Shown: positions 39,128-51,988 of the stretch, piece after piece
Layout: every line of letters begins with the position of its first letter
Numbering within the stretch: the stretch's first letter is position 1
Assembly (NCBI GenBank): GCA_030704615.1
Contig: CM060734.1
Coordinates: 61,318,001-61,382,000 of the forward strand
Direction of reading: 5' to 3'
From: Takakia lepidozioides
Lineage: Eukaryota > Plantae > Bryophyta
Length of the DNA stretch: 64,000 bases
The notes under the pieces: model-generated
Database searches by the model: none
Told to the model about the DNA's origin: nothing
The model's input: only the letters and a program-made list of their open reading frames with translations
Translations under genes and position numbers: made by a program

Positions 39128-41160
39128 AATGCACCTGGGCCTAATAAACGACCAAAAATCCCTCTAATAGTCGTATCAAAAGAAAACAGAAGCTCCACAA
39201 ACTGGGGAGTGGGGGGGGGGGAGACAACGCAAAAGATAAGAAGGTCGCTGTAAAAAGCATTTAGTGAGAATGCCATGGGCTACCTGCATATCCCCTAGTT
39301 TGGGAATAAGCTCTATATGGCTTGTATCTTGTAGCAAAGTGTCTTGGAGGAAAGATGTTGTGTAAGGGGTAGTACCAAAAGGAACACCTAATACTCGAAT
39401 ACCCTCAGATGGTGCGAGAAAGTCAGTAGGGGGCACGAAATCTGAAGGCAGACCAGAGGGTGACCAAACTGTGGATTTGCGAGGTTGAACAGTGAGCCCA
39501 AGAAAGTGAAGTTGGGTAGCAAGATGATGGAATTTCCAAGATGATATCAGTGGGAGGGCCAGTGATATGGGTATCATCAGCAATAGAAGGAAATATACAT
39601 GATTGGAAAGCTCGCGCAGATGAGTGAATGGCTCAGAAGTGGGCAAAAGAAAAAAGAGGTCCCCCTAATGGATCGCCCTGACGGGTTCCTACTTCGGACT
39701 GGATTATAGTAAGATCTCCGGTACAGGTGTGATGACTGTAAAACAAAAGGGTGGAGGAAGCATAAAACAATCTCACAAACGGAATGTGTTGATGGCAAGC
39801 GCCGCCAGCGTATCGCAGTTCCTGAAATATTGCTGATCTGGACACCGTGTTGAAGGCGTTGGTCACATCCATCTGAAGGACAACCCAGTCTGGATGAAGG
39901 TCAAGGGAAGCCCGAATCCCATACACCACTGCTTCACAACCTCCCGGAGTAGCGACCCCAAACTGATGTGGAGAAAAGTGAGAAGACCTCCCGAAACTGG
40001 ATGCAGATAGAACGGCTCACTAAGCGTTACAGAACCTCCCCAACTGCAATAGGACGAATCCCACCTGTGTTCTTGGACATAGCCAAGACCCGTGTTGCTC
40101 CAAGCAAACGTGCTACTGGGGTAGGTATATGTCCCATCGCAATGAACGAGCAAACTTGGAACAGCTGGGAAAAGCCACTAGCAGAGTCCTGTGGATTGAG
40201 ACAGTCACGGAGGTGTTCATACACCAACCCGAACGGACCGGCTGCTGCAAGATGAGGGCTACGAGTGAATGCTTGTATGAAAGTATCGCGATCCAATTGA
40301 AGGTCCTCATCAGGTTCAAAGTCCTCCACAAAAGAAAGAAGGATATCGTTCGCACTGGGGTGGAGATTCTCCAAAGCTGTGATAGTATCAGCCGAAGGTG
40401 GTCTGGGGTAAGAGGAGCAAGAGCTCGAGCTGCGCGAGAATACTCTCCTGCCGGCCTAGCATAAGTTTCCGACGAAGACGCATGTGGATGGATGGAGTGG
40501 CCTGGTGTGGGCTATCGTGAGCTATTCGCGCCGCAAGTGCTTGTGCACGTAGATAATGTTCGTCTTGAAGGGTTTCCCAGTCCCCAGAGAGAAATCTACG
40601 AAGACGGGCACGTGTCTCTCGATGTCCGGATTCACCACCACGTGGAGGCAAAACTAGACACCATAGAGGAAAAAGGAGAAAAAGGTGCCAAGCAGCAATG
40701 TCATAAGGGTCCCGAGCAAGGCGGTCCAAGGGTAAGCGAAAAGCATGTTGTACCTCTCTGCGAAGTGCCATTGGGATGCGTGTATAGAACCAGGGACGGG
40801 GCAAACCCAAATGAAATGCTCCCAAAACATCAAGGGTCGCAATCCAAAGCCATGCATGGGCAAAAGCAGCCACTAACGGGGTAGGTAAGTGATTGTCCGG
40901 AGAAGACTGATGGAGTGTAGAACACGTGTGCCGATGACGCGCAAGCCCCCTAACACGGGCAAACATCCGACCACAACCTGGACAAGGCACTCGGTCTGGT
41001 GGAGAAGTTGGTGGTGTTGGTGGTGGGAGATAAGATGGAGCAAAAGAACGGGCGGTCTGATCAGGTGAACCTGTCCGCTATCTAGAGGGAGGTGGCGAGC
41101 CCGGTGGAGAGGTAAGCTCTGTGGGAGGAAGGCGAATTGGGGAAGGGCCACCGGTTCCTA
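39128..41160 (-). mobile_element. CRE-like (restriction-endonuclease class) non-LTR retrotransposon, 3'-truncated and degenerate
   Basis: N-terminal C2H2-like CPGCGRMFARVRGLARHRHTC; RT motifs AAGPFG, KNTGGIRPIAVGEVL, HQFGVATPGGCE, LQMDVTNAFNTVSR, GTRQGDPLGGPLF, GLTVQPRKS, GIRVLGVPFG. Confidence 0.8.
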
Positions 41161-41726
41161 GTTTTCACCTTCCACACTCATCCTCCTTAAGTTACAGTTG
41201 AGTGCAAGTTGGAGTCATCATCAAGAAGAGCAAGTGAATTCCTCATAGACTCAAGGAGCAGCCTTCTGGGGGCTTTTAGGGCTTTGGTTTATTCAGCAGA
41301 TTTATGGTTCAAGCCAGCAAGACCATGCCTTGGATTACCTTCTCAGAGCCTAGTGTTGATGGAGCCCAACTCCAATCCAACGCAGTCTATACTCCCATCT
41401 ACTAGAACTGTGAAGTTGAAAATACAGGGTGAACCTCGCATACGATGCATGGGAAAAGTGAGGATTTGTGAAAGCTTGATGCAGCTAGTGCACTCGATAC
41501 AAAGCCCCCAGTGTGCAGTTCTAATATCATCCCAATTCAATCCACCTTGAATTGTGAACTAACTTCCAACTCCCATAGACTGCAACTTTACCAGTGAGAA
41601 GACCTGCCAGAGGGGGCTTCACTTGATTTGTAACAGTATAAACGACGGCCATATTTCCCTCAAATGCTTAACTCTACTACTTAAAGGAACAAACTATGAA
41701 CAACCAAAGAGGAACAGATGATAATG

Positions 41727-43915
41727 TCACTTTTTGGTGCTGTACATTTCAGGCTCGAAGTTACTTGGCTTGTCTGGTTTTGCCATCTCTATACCAATGA
41801 AGGCAAAGATAAAGAGAACTGTGTAGATAAATAAGAAATCTTGCTGTACCCACCCGCCACCAGCACCAAAAGCACGTTAGAACCATCTCCTTAACCCTGT
41901 GGCAAACACTCCTGCACTCACAATGGCTACCTTCTTGGCCCTCCTGAAAAGTGGTTCACCTAACATGAGAGCACATATGTACTCTTTGGTTGACAATGGC
42001 AGCATTTTTCAGACTCCAAATTACAGCCATCGCAAAACTGCTACTGTCACCAGCTGAATTCCTCACAACTCACAAATGCTAGTGGAGAAAAAGGGAACAA
42101 CAGAACTACCTCTCCTTGACCTGATAAAAGCTCAAGCGGTTAAACAATGTACAAGGGTGTGTTGGTGTATTGTGAGGCATGGATGGACCCTGAAGAGCTC
42201 TGGACAAGTAATTTGCTATCATTCTTTGTGCACACTCAGGGCAGCATTGGTTGGCACTGGTGGGTCTGGAGTGCTAACAAAATGAGGCCAGGATATATTC
42301 AAAGCAATATCCCTCCATAATCTACAGTACAGTGCCCACAATGCTCTCCCAGTCAGACAGATGACATAGATACCTGAATGTTAAGGGCCATCCCTGTGAA
42401 TAGGCCTGGGAGGAAAAGCCATGAGATCCAAGCTGCACAGCAGCCCCACAAGGAAGTTTTTTTCCACTTTTAAAGAGCTCTACACACAGAAAATAGCTCT
42501 TAAGTGATCATTTGAAGGGGAATCTTGTGTTTCCAATTTAGGATGCATCTGTAAGGGGACCTTTTGGGCAGGAGCTTCTATGTTCCAACAATATACCCTT
42601 CAACTTGGGGGTTAGATCAGCTGACACCCATTTTTATGATTAGATTCTTTTGGCATAATTGTAGCCATAAAAGTTATGCAGTTGACAGTCACATAGTGTC
42701 TTGCCTGCTTGGATGACATAGCTAGACTCAGCACTCCACCCCAATTGGATGCTTCCTGTCCCCTTTAACTGTAGCTCAAGGTGATAGAGAGAGGAGCATA
42801 CCCTGGCCACCAGTAGGTCCTCCAGCTGATTCAAACACCTCCTTAATGCCTTCCATAAAAGTGCCTGTAATTCAAGGCACTAACATCCATCAGTGTTGAT
42901 CGACTCCAGCTTAGTTTTCATGCTATACCAACGCAAAGCCTGACCGCGTCACTTTTGTCAAGTCAAGACTACCTCTTCAAACAAACTAGCTTGTCCACAG
43001 CTAGTCCATCCCATCAGTTAATGCCATGTTTGTCTGTAATGAGGAGCCCACCAGCTACAAACCAACTCACAGAGTTCTATGACACTAGTGCCACTCAAAT
43101 TGACCCTTGCAGCTGGGTGTTGTGTTTCCATATCATCTTCTGGCAGAAATTACATATGTATAGCCAAACCTGGACAACAGAGCTCAAAAAAATTTCTGCC
43201 TGGCTAGAAAAATTTATTATAACCTTAACGTATCTTTAGAAATCTCTCTTTCCTTGGAGGACCTTCCCCCGCTTCCATGAGGAAGACACGAAAGATTCCG
43301 TTGTATCTTTTAGCACGTTGCCACACAAAAGCGTTTCTACACCTTGTCTGCGCCATGGAAATCGAAACAAGTGGGAGAGAAAACCAGAGCAGAGTATTAC
43401 AGTGATAGAAAGGAAGGATTGTACTCCTAAGAATTGAAAGAAAAGATACAGTCAAATTGTTTCAGATCTTGTGTAAGCCATATTGAGTCCAAACATGTCA
43501 GCAGTTGACACACCGTCATCACCCTCGTGCCATGAATGAGATCCATCAGCCTTTCCCCAGGGAAACTGATCTTCCTGCATCACGCCTCAATTCCAAAAAG
43601 CTAGCTTCAGAAGATGAAATTGACATAAGCTCCAAATTTCAACGTGGTGCACTTCAACGCCAGTAATTTGAGTGGAAAGCTAACAGAATGTCACAAGTGA
43701 AAGTGACCCACCTCGCCCTCCCCAGCTGTTGCGTACATATCACGCTCTTCCTCCAGCAGGTCAGGTTCTACCCCACTTCTCTTGGCAGCTCTCAACGCCA
43801 CCCCTCCTGCGCCCCACCGCTGCACTCCCCTGCATTGCCCTCCCACTGCCTTCATCTGCACACATGACATACTCACACATGTGCTAGCAACTGCAAGGCT
43901 GGCCATGGCGGCCAT
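41727..43915 (-). CDS. PnsB5: Photosynthetic NDH subcomplex B subunit 5 (NDH18), plastid-targeted. Exons 43915-43712, 43574-43514, 42864-42802, 42432-42374, 41843-41727
   Basis: Transit-peptide-like start, then GVEPDLLEE...EDQFPWGKADGSHSWHEGDDGTFMEGIKEVFESAGGPTGGQAWISWLFLPGLFTGMALNIQQDFLFIYTVLFIFAFIGIEMAKPDKPSNFEPEMY, colinear with PnsB5 as recalled (IEPD, YDGAHTYYEG, GTFW, MFLP, IEMDKPDQPHNFEP); all introns GT-AG and in phase. Confidence 0.85.
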
Positions 43916-45144
43916 GCTTTGTATGTGCGCTCTTCTCTACTGGATAGAAGCCAAATGGCGCCTTTCCGGCCCGCAAGTGTTTAGCGAAGCGAAAATTTAA
44001 GCAAGTTATGCTTTCATGGGACTATTACGGTAACTAGGTACTCCATCAAATGAAAGTGCCAAGTGTGACGGAAGAGTTCTTTTCTCAAATTGAATTGATG
44101 GCAACCCAGTAAATTCATACTCGGAGCAGTCCAGAGATCATACGGAAAGCAAAAGTTTCCGTTTGATGCCTCGTTGCTTCTTCACACGTCTTGGAATTGT
44201 TCTCACATGCACAGGGATATGGCACCGTCATGTTCCTACCGTACTGCCGGGCTCGACACCCTTGTAAGTGATGACGCCTCCCCAGCCTGCCGGATACCAA
44301 AGAAAGGTAAATAAATAGGCGTAACTCTTGGGTTTCAGAAATGGGAGCGATATAGGATCCATGTTCTGCTGGGCTGTAGAGGCACGTGAATGCGATCACC
44401 TGATACACCTGTGACACGTTTGGACTGCACGATTCGTTTCACTGGGCTTGTGTGAGAGAAAGAAGTCGTGGAAAGCCTGCATCAGGAATAAGACCAGGTT
44501 AATTACTAGATCTATGTTGTTGTAGTAGTACCTCTCAATATATATTGAGGAAATCGGACGCTGACAAAGTTGACATGTTCTTGTTGTTCTTGTAGGCATG
44601 TCAAGTAATGAGCAAAGAAGAGCTCTGGCAGGAGTTCTTCTCAGCTCCTGCAGAGTGGTGGGGTAACACTTTCGATGAGGTGAGAGTCCCTTTGATGACA
44701 CATTTCCTCTCCTTAAAACCACCAAAGATTGTTCACACTGTTGCTACCAGTAAACTGTTCCCACATATTGCCCGTGTAATGTGAAAGATGCTTGGAGCTT
44801 TGGTGGTCTATTGAAGATTGTGGTGGAAAGATATGGACTTCAGCTGCCCACAGGTGGGTTTTGCATAATAGTCTAAGAGCATCAGAGGTCAAGCATAATC
44901 ACACAAATGAGGTCCTTTGGATTGAGGGTGCTGAAACCGCCCGGGGTGAAAGCAGAGCTATCTTCATATTGCCTTGATGATGATTTAAGGGTTCCAACTC
45001 AAATGGGTGGAATCAGTACAATAGATGACTGCAGTAGTTCTGTAAAGCTTATTTGTCCTCTCGGATCACAAGTCTTGGAAGTATCTAGGAACTTATGTGA
45101 GTTCACGTGTAAATGTTTGAATCTGAGGTTCTGAGTCATACAGA

Positions 45145-47904
45145 ATGGCAGGGTTCAATCAAGCACAGTTGGTTGTTGGAAATCACATCGGCAGCCGGGG
45201 TAGCACTTCCACCATCATTACTTCTTTTGAAGGAGGACCAACAGACAGAGTCAAAAAAAACTTTTCTGGCTCTTGCATGGACGTGAGGAAATTATGTACG
45301 TCAGGACGACTGAAAGAGGCACTTCACATTTTGCACCAACAAGACATTCAGGCAGACTCCAATACTTATGTGTGTGTCTTGCAGGAGTGCATTAAAATGA
45401 AAGGCCTAGCAGAGGGAAAGTATGTTCATTCCCACATTCTCCAGAGTGGTTCCAAGCCAAACATGTTTCTACTCAACACCCTTGTAAACATGTATGCCAA
45501 GTGTGGGAGTATGGTAGATGCACGCCAAATCTTCAGCAAAATGCCTGAACGAGATAAGTTTACATGGACGATAATGATAGCAGGATATGCCAAGCATGGG
45601 CATGGTAGGGAGGCAATTGAGATCTATGAACAAATGCAATGTGAGGGGGTGATACCTGACAAGGTCCTTTTCATTTGCGTTCTCAATGCGTGTGGCAGCC
45701 TAAGAGCCCTTGAAAAGGGCAGAGAGGTCCATGCCGATATCATCAAAGCTGGAATTGTGGCGGATAACATTCTGGAGACTGCCCTTGCTGGAATGTATGC
45801 CAAATGTGGGAGAATATTGGATGCACGTCAAGTGTTTGACAGTATGGCTAATCGAACTGTGGTCTCATGGAGCACAATGATCTCAGCATATACTAACCAA
45901 GGCTCTGGTAGGGAAGCTTTGGAGATCTATGAGCAAATGATATGGGAAGGGGTGGCGCCTGACAGGGTCACGTTTGTTTGTGTTCTCAATGCATGTGGAA
46001 GCCTTGGAGCCCTGGAAAAGGGGAAAGAGGTCCATACTGACATCATCAAAGCGCAATTTGCGCCAGATATCATTCTGGAGACTACCCTCACCAGCATGTA
46101 TGTCAAATGTGGGAGCATGAAAGATGCACACCAAGTATTCAACAGTATGACGCAACGAAATGTGTTTTCATGGAATGCCATAATTGCAGGATATTCACAG
46201 CATGGGCATCAGAGGGAGGCTTTTGAGATCTATGAGCAAATGCAACGGGAGGGGATAAAGCCTGACAAGGTCACATTCACTTGCATTCTCAATACGTCTG
46301 CCAGCGTAGGAGCCCTGGAAAAGGGCAAAGAGATCCATAGTGACATCGTAAAAAATGGAATTGTGCCAGATATCATCCTGGAGACTGCCCTTGCAAACAT
46401 GTATGCCAAATGTGGGAGCATGAAGGATGCACGTCAAGTGTTTGACAATATGTCTGAAAGGGATGTGGTCGTGTGGAGTGCGATGATCAGGGGATATGCT
46501 CAGCTTGGGTGTGGGAGGGAGGCTCTTGACATCTATGAGAAAATGATACAGGAAGGGGTGATGCCCGACAAGGTCACCTTCACTTGCGTTCTCAATGCTT
46601 GTACCAGCTTGACAGCCTTGGAAAGGGGCAAAGAGGTACATGCTGACATTAACAGAAGTGGAACTAGACGAGATATTAATTTGGAGAATACCCTTGTTGA
46701 CATGTATGCCAAATGTGGGAGCATAACGGATGCCCGTCAAGTGTTCAACAATATGGGTGAGCGAGATGTGGTCTCATGGAATGTGATGATCGCAGGTACT
46801 GCTCACCATGGATGTGGTAGAGAGGCTTTGGAGATGTATGAGCAAATGATGAAGGAAGGGGTGATTCCTGACAAAGTCACATTTATTTGCATCGTCAATG
46901 TGTGTGCCAGTCTAGGAGACCTGGATAAGGGCAAAGAGATCCATGCTGACATCATGAAAGCTGGAATTGTTTCACATATAAATTTGGACAACACCCTTGT
47001 CCACATGTATGCCAAATGTAAGAGCATAAAGGATGCGCGCCAAGTGCTCAACAATATGGCAGAACGTGATGTGGTCTCATGGAATGCAATGATTGCAGGC
47101 TATGTGGAGCATGGGTGTGGTAAGGAAGCTTTGGAGATGTATGAGCAAATGATATGGGACTCAGTGACGCCCAACAGGGTGACATTCATTTGCGTTCTCG
47201 ATGCGTGTGCTAGCCTGGCAGCCCTTGACAAGGGCAAAGAGGTCCACGCTGACATTGTCAAAGCTGGAACCGCATCGTATCTTAATTTGGAGAATACCCT
47301 TCTCAACATGTATGCCAAATGTGGGAGCATAAAAGATGCATGCGCAGTGTTCGATAATATGACTAACCGAGATGTGGTCTCATGGAATGCTATGATTGCA
47401 GGATATGGTCTGCATGGATATGGGAGGGAGGCCCTGGAACTGTTTGAAAGCCTGCAACATGAAGGCTTGAGGCCGAATGACATCACCTTTATAGGTCTGC
47501 TGTCTGCATGTAGTCATGTGGGCCTACTGGATGAAGGCCATTACTATTTCGATTCCATGGTTCGATATCATGGCCTCACTCCTACAGTGGAGCACTTTGG
47601 CTGCATGGTGGACCTTCTTGGTCGTGCAGGCCTTTTGGATGAGGCAGAGGCCTTCATTCACAAAATAGCAATCAAACCAGATGCTTCAATGTGGGGATCC
47701 TTGCTTGGTGCTTGCAGAATTCATGGTGGTGTGGAGGTTGCAGAACACGCAGCCAAATATCTTCTGGAGTTGGATCCGCAGGATGCTGCAACTTATGTGC
47801 TCCTATCAAACATCTATGCTGCGGCTGGCAGGTGGGATGAATCGGCAAAGGTTAGAAAAATAATGGAGATGCGTCAGAAGGGAGCCAGGGCCCAGCTGCA
47901 TTAG
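45145..47904 (+). CDS. PLS-class pentatricopeptide repeat protein (919 aa) with E domain; organellar RNA-editing specificity factor type
   Basis: Intronless ORF with ~101-aa P-L-S triplets (MYAKCGS, RDVVSWNAMI, PDKVTF), terminal HFGCMVDLLGRAG, WGSLLGACRIH, TYVLLSNIYAAAGRW. Confidence 0.95.
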   Translation: MAGFNQAQLVVGNHIGSRGSTSTIITSFEGGPTDRVKKNFSGSCMDVRKLCTSGRLKEALHILHQQDIQADSNTYVCVLQECIKMKGLAEGKYVHSHILQSGSKPNMFLLNTLVNMYAKCGSMVDARQIFSKMPERDKFTWTIMIAGYAKHGHGREAIEIYEQMQCEGVIPDKVLFICVLNACGSLRALEKGREVHADIIKAGIVADNILETALAGMYAKCGRILDARQVFDSMANRTVVSWSTMISAYTNQGSGREALEIYEQMIWEGVAPDRVTFVCVLNACGSLGALEKGKEVHTDIIKAQFAPDIILETTLTSMYVKCGSMKDAHQVFNSMTQRNVFSWNAIIAGYSQHGHQREAFEIYEQMQREGIKPDKVTFTCILNTSASVGALEKGKEIHSDIVKNGIVPDIILETALANMYAKCGSMKDARQVFDNMSERDVVVWSAMIRGYAQLGCGREALDIYEKMIQEGVMPDKVTFTCVLNACTSLTALERGKEVHADINRSGTRRDINLENTLVDMYAKCGSITDARQVFNNMGERDVVSWNVMIAGTAHHGCGREALEMYEQMMKEGVIPDKVTFICIVNVCASLGDLDKGKEIHADIMKAGIVSHINLDNTLVHMYAKCKSIKDARQVLNNMAERDVVSWNAMIAGYVEHGCGKEALEMYEQMIWDSVTPNRVTFICVLDACASLAALDKGKEVHADIVKAGTASYLNLENTLLNMYAKCGSIKDACAVFDNMTNRDVVSWNAMIAGYGLHGYGREALELFESLQHEGLRPNDITFIGLLSACSHVGLLDEGHYYFDSMVRYHGLTPTVEHFGCMVDLLGRAGLLDEAEAFIHKIAIKPDASMWGSLLGACRIHGGVEVAEHAAKYLLELDPQDAATYVLLSNIYAAAGRWDESAKVRKIMEMRQKGARAQLH

Positions 47905-48261
47905 TTTCATACTTACCTTGTAGAAGCTAAATTGTGTGCACAAATTGGGGAACTCCATGGTGAACTGGAGATTTTCTGGGCAAATGAAGGAGGTCAGGTA
48001 CATGCCTGACACGCCCTTTGTATTGGCATGATGTGGAGGAGCAAAAGGCCCGCACGGTGAGAAGGTGGCCATTACTTCTGGTCTCATCACCACTTCCCCT
48101 TGGATGCTTACTGCGTCATCATGAACAACTTCTGGGTATGCAGTGACTCATAAACCACCACCAAGTTCATCTCAAGGATTGTTTGGTGAGTATTTGTGGT
48201 ACAGGATGCCAACTGCTTTTACAACCAAGAGGGGATTGGATCCTCTGTGAATAACTGGTGA
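47875..48261 (+). pseudogene. Decayed E+/DYW domain remnant downstream of the PPR ORF
   Basis: Broken frames give EPGPSCI, GQMKEVRYMPDTPFVL, HDVEEQK, HGEKVAITSGLITT, TTTKFISRIV, VVQDANCF, SCENNW*. Confidence 0.85.
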
Positions 48262-49102
48262 ACAAGCAACATGCAGGGGCTTTGCTTCAAACATGAGCAC
48301 TGCACCAGCCGCCACCATTCTTCTCTGCAAACATACAAGTTTGAAAAATTAATTATCACTGCGCACCTGTGGGTGATGCATGCAGGGTGATGACCAATAT
48401 TCCAGGGTGATCAAACAAAGAAAAGCCATGTGAGACCTTGTAGAGTTGTTGGCAGTTGCACCAATGCAATCTTGATGTCAATCTTCGGTGCCAGAGGATG
48501 AAATTTTTGGACCAAAAAGATTTAAGATTTAGTATGGAGTTCGCTGAAAGATTGAGGAATACTGGACACTGAATCACAAAGGTGTAAAGACTCTTAATCC
48601 AGCATATTAGTAAGATGCATGGACTAGTCGTGAGACTGACCAATAGCAAGATAAAAGCTTTGCAGCGAGGAAACACTTCACACAAGAGATGGGCCCCAAT
48701 CTTCAATTACGATTTGCATGCATCGCTTTGAAACCACATCATGATCCACAGCCATGGAGGATGATAGCACAGGCTAATGTGAGGAAATTGAACAGCAGCG
48801 AGCATGCATTACGGAATGGAGTTTGGTGGTGTTGTGTTCCGCCAGGCTCCCGGCTCTGTCTCTACTCTAGTCTGGGGAATAGAAATGGGCAGAGAAAACC
48901 ATTGAGGTTGCAAAGGATGGACAGAAAAAGTGGTGGATTGGCACATACTGTTGCAGAGTTGGCACATAACGAGTTGTTACAGAGCTTTTTTGGTAGAGAC
49001 TTTCAGCCCAACACCGTCGTACCCCATCTATCGTACGTAGACTGTACAGTTGGGACATGATGAACACAAAGCCTGTCATGGATTGGCAAATCCTTCCTGA
49101 CA

Positions 49103-51988
49103 TTAACACATTCTTGGAAATAGATCAGAGTTCAATGGCTCCCCAGCCTGGAGATGTGGATCTAGACCCGCATTCAGCCAGACATAATGCATTGTCCCTG
49201 CAACCAGCAATTGAGGCAAAATCGTTTAGTCCGCAGTGTGTGCTTTCTACTTTTGCAACGTAAAACTTTTTCCGTAAGAAACACTAAAATCTTTGTATCC
49301 AGTACATGGTCAGAAGGGGGTGAAGAATAAAAAAAATTAATACGAGGAATTGCAGATAGATGTACTAGTCCTGTGACTAAATTGTGTCTGCTGCCGATAG
49401 TGAGAGAAAAATGTTGGAGTCAGCTGTGTTATTGACTGGTCAAAACAGCTCAATGGACACTAAAAAGTTATGTGACTGTCCTCTATATTCCATCTCCAAG
49501 AAATCAAAATTCCATTTTAGTTAGCTCTATGACTGGGTGACCTACCTGGCCGAGGATCAAATCGAACCTCCTCCCCAACCCAGCGGGTTGCATACCCTCT
49601 ACGACGCCCACTGTTTGATGAAATACCGGGAGCCCCATGGACAGCAAAACTGTGGTGCACCAAGCAGTCACCAGGCTCCATATCCCAGGCCAACAACTCC
49701 ACCTGTGCCTGTCAAAGGATGCATCAACTGTAAGCTGATAAGATAGAGAAAGATATGTACTCATCAGTACCCTGCAGGGAGTCCCTTGAGAAAACCAACC
49801 CTCCCGGAGCCCATGTGGTTACAAAGGTAGGCAGACAGCAAGAGAGCAAGGGACCTGATACTCTCACTAAAACGCAATTGCTGTCTGCAGGATAAACAGA
49901 CTTGACAGAGACAAAGGGAATGGAGAGAGGTCGTGAACTTCCAGAGATCACCTCATTATGCAGGCGATCAATGTCTGGCACATCTGGTAGAACTGATGAA
50001 TCCTTATAGCGCTCACTGTTTCCTGAGAAGGAAGATATCCTGTTTAAAATTGCATGCCTGAATAATTCAGTTCTCCATGAGTTTGATCACAGTCAGAGCA
50101 TGCTTATGGTACACACATTCAGTGACGTGTTTCAGAGCGTCTCTCTCTCTTTCACTCCCATGGGCCCATCGACATTTTATTTTTCGTTCATTTCTTTTTG
50201 CGCGTGAATGTGTTCTGCCCTAGGCATACTTGCTGGCAAAGAGAACTCACTTGTGCAGAAGCTTCCATTTGTGCGAGCCCTTCACATATTGGACGCAAGC
50301 AGACTTGGGAACGGGATCCAAAGCAAGCCACACAGAGACGACCTGGTTGCCACTCAACTGCCAGTAACTATGGTCATTGTGCCAGGGTGTTGTCGTTTGG
50401 GTGCCAGGCTCCTTCACCAGCAACTGGTCGTAAAATAGCCGCACCTGCTTCCCCCTATAGCATACTTTCCTCACGTTAAGCAACGGCACAGTGTTGTTCT
50501 TCTGAAATGTTGATCAGTTTTTATAGTAACTCTGAACCTTCATATCTGCTGAGGGAGTTTGTATGTTTCTTCCAAGTTCTATCAAGAAAGCTCTTCACCC
50601 AGGATAAATTTATGAAAATATTTACACAACCAAGGAGGACCAAAGAGGGCCAAAGCGTTTGTTGGCATCTCAAGCTGAGGTGCAGTGAAAGTCTGTTTGA
50701 TGCTTCCCAACAGCACCCGATACAATGCATTAGAAAAACTTTACGTCGTCACCATCACAATGTGGATTCCCAGTCTTCTAAATTCCAGAAAATTCAGAGA
50801 GGAAGAGAGAACCGACCCCATCATACGTTTGGCAATCTCTGCAGCTGGAGAGTTAAAGACAAAGTGATGCATGGCCTCATGCCGCCGCCACAGAAATTGG
50901 TCATCATGAAAGCGCCCTGGCTGCCCCCAAATCCATACTCCATTCTGTCTATCAGAGACAGCTAAAACTTCTCTAAACAAATGACAAGCACTTTGAAATG
51001 TCTTCATACCTTTCATGCTTTGGAGTTGAACAGATGCATAGACCCCACTGGACAATCTTACCTGCATTGGTGACAATCTCAAACTGCCTCAGCTCTCTCA
51101 CATCCTATGTGTGAGATTTAGCTTCACAGTGACTGGTCTCAAGAGAGATCTTTAGCAAGGTGACAATATTACAGGCATATGATACTAAATACCACAACAG
51201 CCCATGGGGAGGTTTTGATCATTGAATTAGCTGACACAACAATATTAGAGCTTATTATTCTTCTTTGGAGCTTCTCAGTACCAAGCTCTATCTATAATGT
51301 GTGAATACATGCCTTGTACTGGATGCATTGTTCCCAGACAATCGAAACTCATGCAATATGCCATGGCACAAAAACTAGAGAAAAAAAATAGTTGTGGATC
51401 ACACTACCTGGCCAGGTTGCACATGCTCATCACACAGTGGCCCTGCAAAAGTGAGAAAGGGAGGGTCTTGTCAACCTCAAGCACAATTTCTATCTGTGAT
51501 TCCTGGGGAAAACAGCAGGAAAGGCTAAACTCTGAACTCACATTTCAGAGGTAGCCAATGAATGATGTCATTTGTGATGAAATGCATCAGAACAACATTT
51601 TCCTCCTCCTTGTCTGTCCCTTTGAAGAGGGAAACCATTACAACTTTCTTGTCAAGCTTCACATGGGCCTTGGTGCTACTTAGGCACACACCCAGATACC
51701 GAGTTCAGGAGGTTTACCCGAGCTTTCCATGTTCTTATCGGCAGCCACACGGAGTTTCTCAAGCCACTCGGGTGCAAACAATTGGCGAACGACTGTTGCC
51801 CCATCATTCTCAAACCTTTTCACTTCTTCCTCAGGAATCTTGGTTCCAACCTCGACATTCCTGACACAGGTGTATGAGTGTGTGTGAAGGGGGAGAGAGA
51901 GAAAGAGAGAGCAAAATGTCCTTAAATTGGCCAGTCTTCTTAGCTTAAACTGACTCACACATTGATGGAGTGGCAATGTGAATGCCAC
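49103..51988 (-). CDS. Phytanoyl-CoA dioxygenase (PhyH) family 2-oxoglutarate/Fe(II) oxygenase, multi-exon; start codon and one small internal exon not resolved
   Basis: Exons encode FENDGATVVRQLF, GRFHDDQFLWRRH, LFYDQLLVKEPGTQTTTPWHNDHSYW...VSVWLALD...YVKGSHKW (HxD), WDMEPGDCLVHHSFAVHGAPG...RRRGYATRW (distal H, R), last exon ...SDLFPRMC* ending 49103. Confidence 0.85.

Noticed and set aside
45883-47486. Repetitive antisense ORFs over the PPR gene
   Set aside because: Shadows of the periodic PPR codons; no independent coding signal
48689-49263. Plus-strand ORFs as a separate gene
   Set aside because: No recognisable motif; the second ORF is antisense to the last PhyH exon
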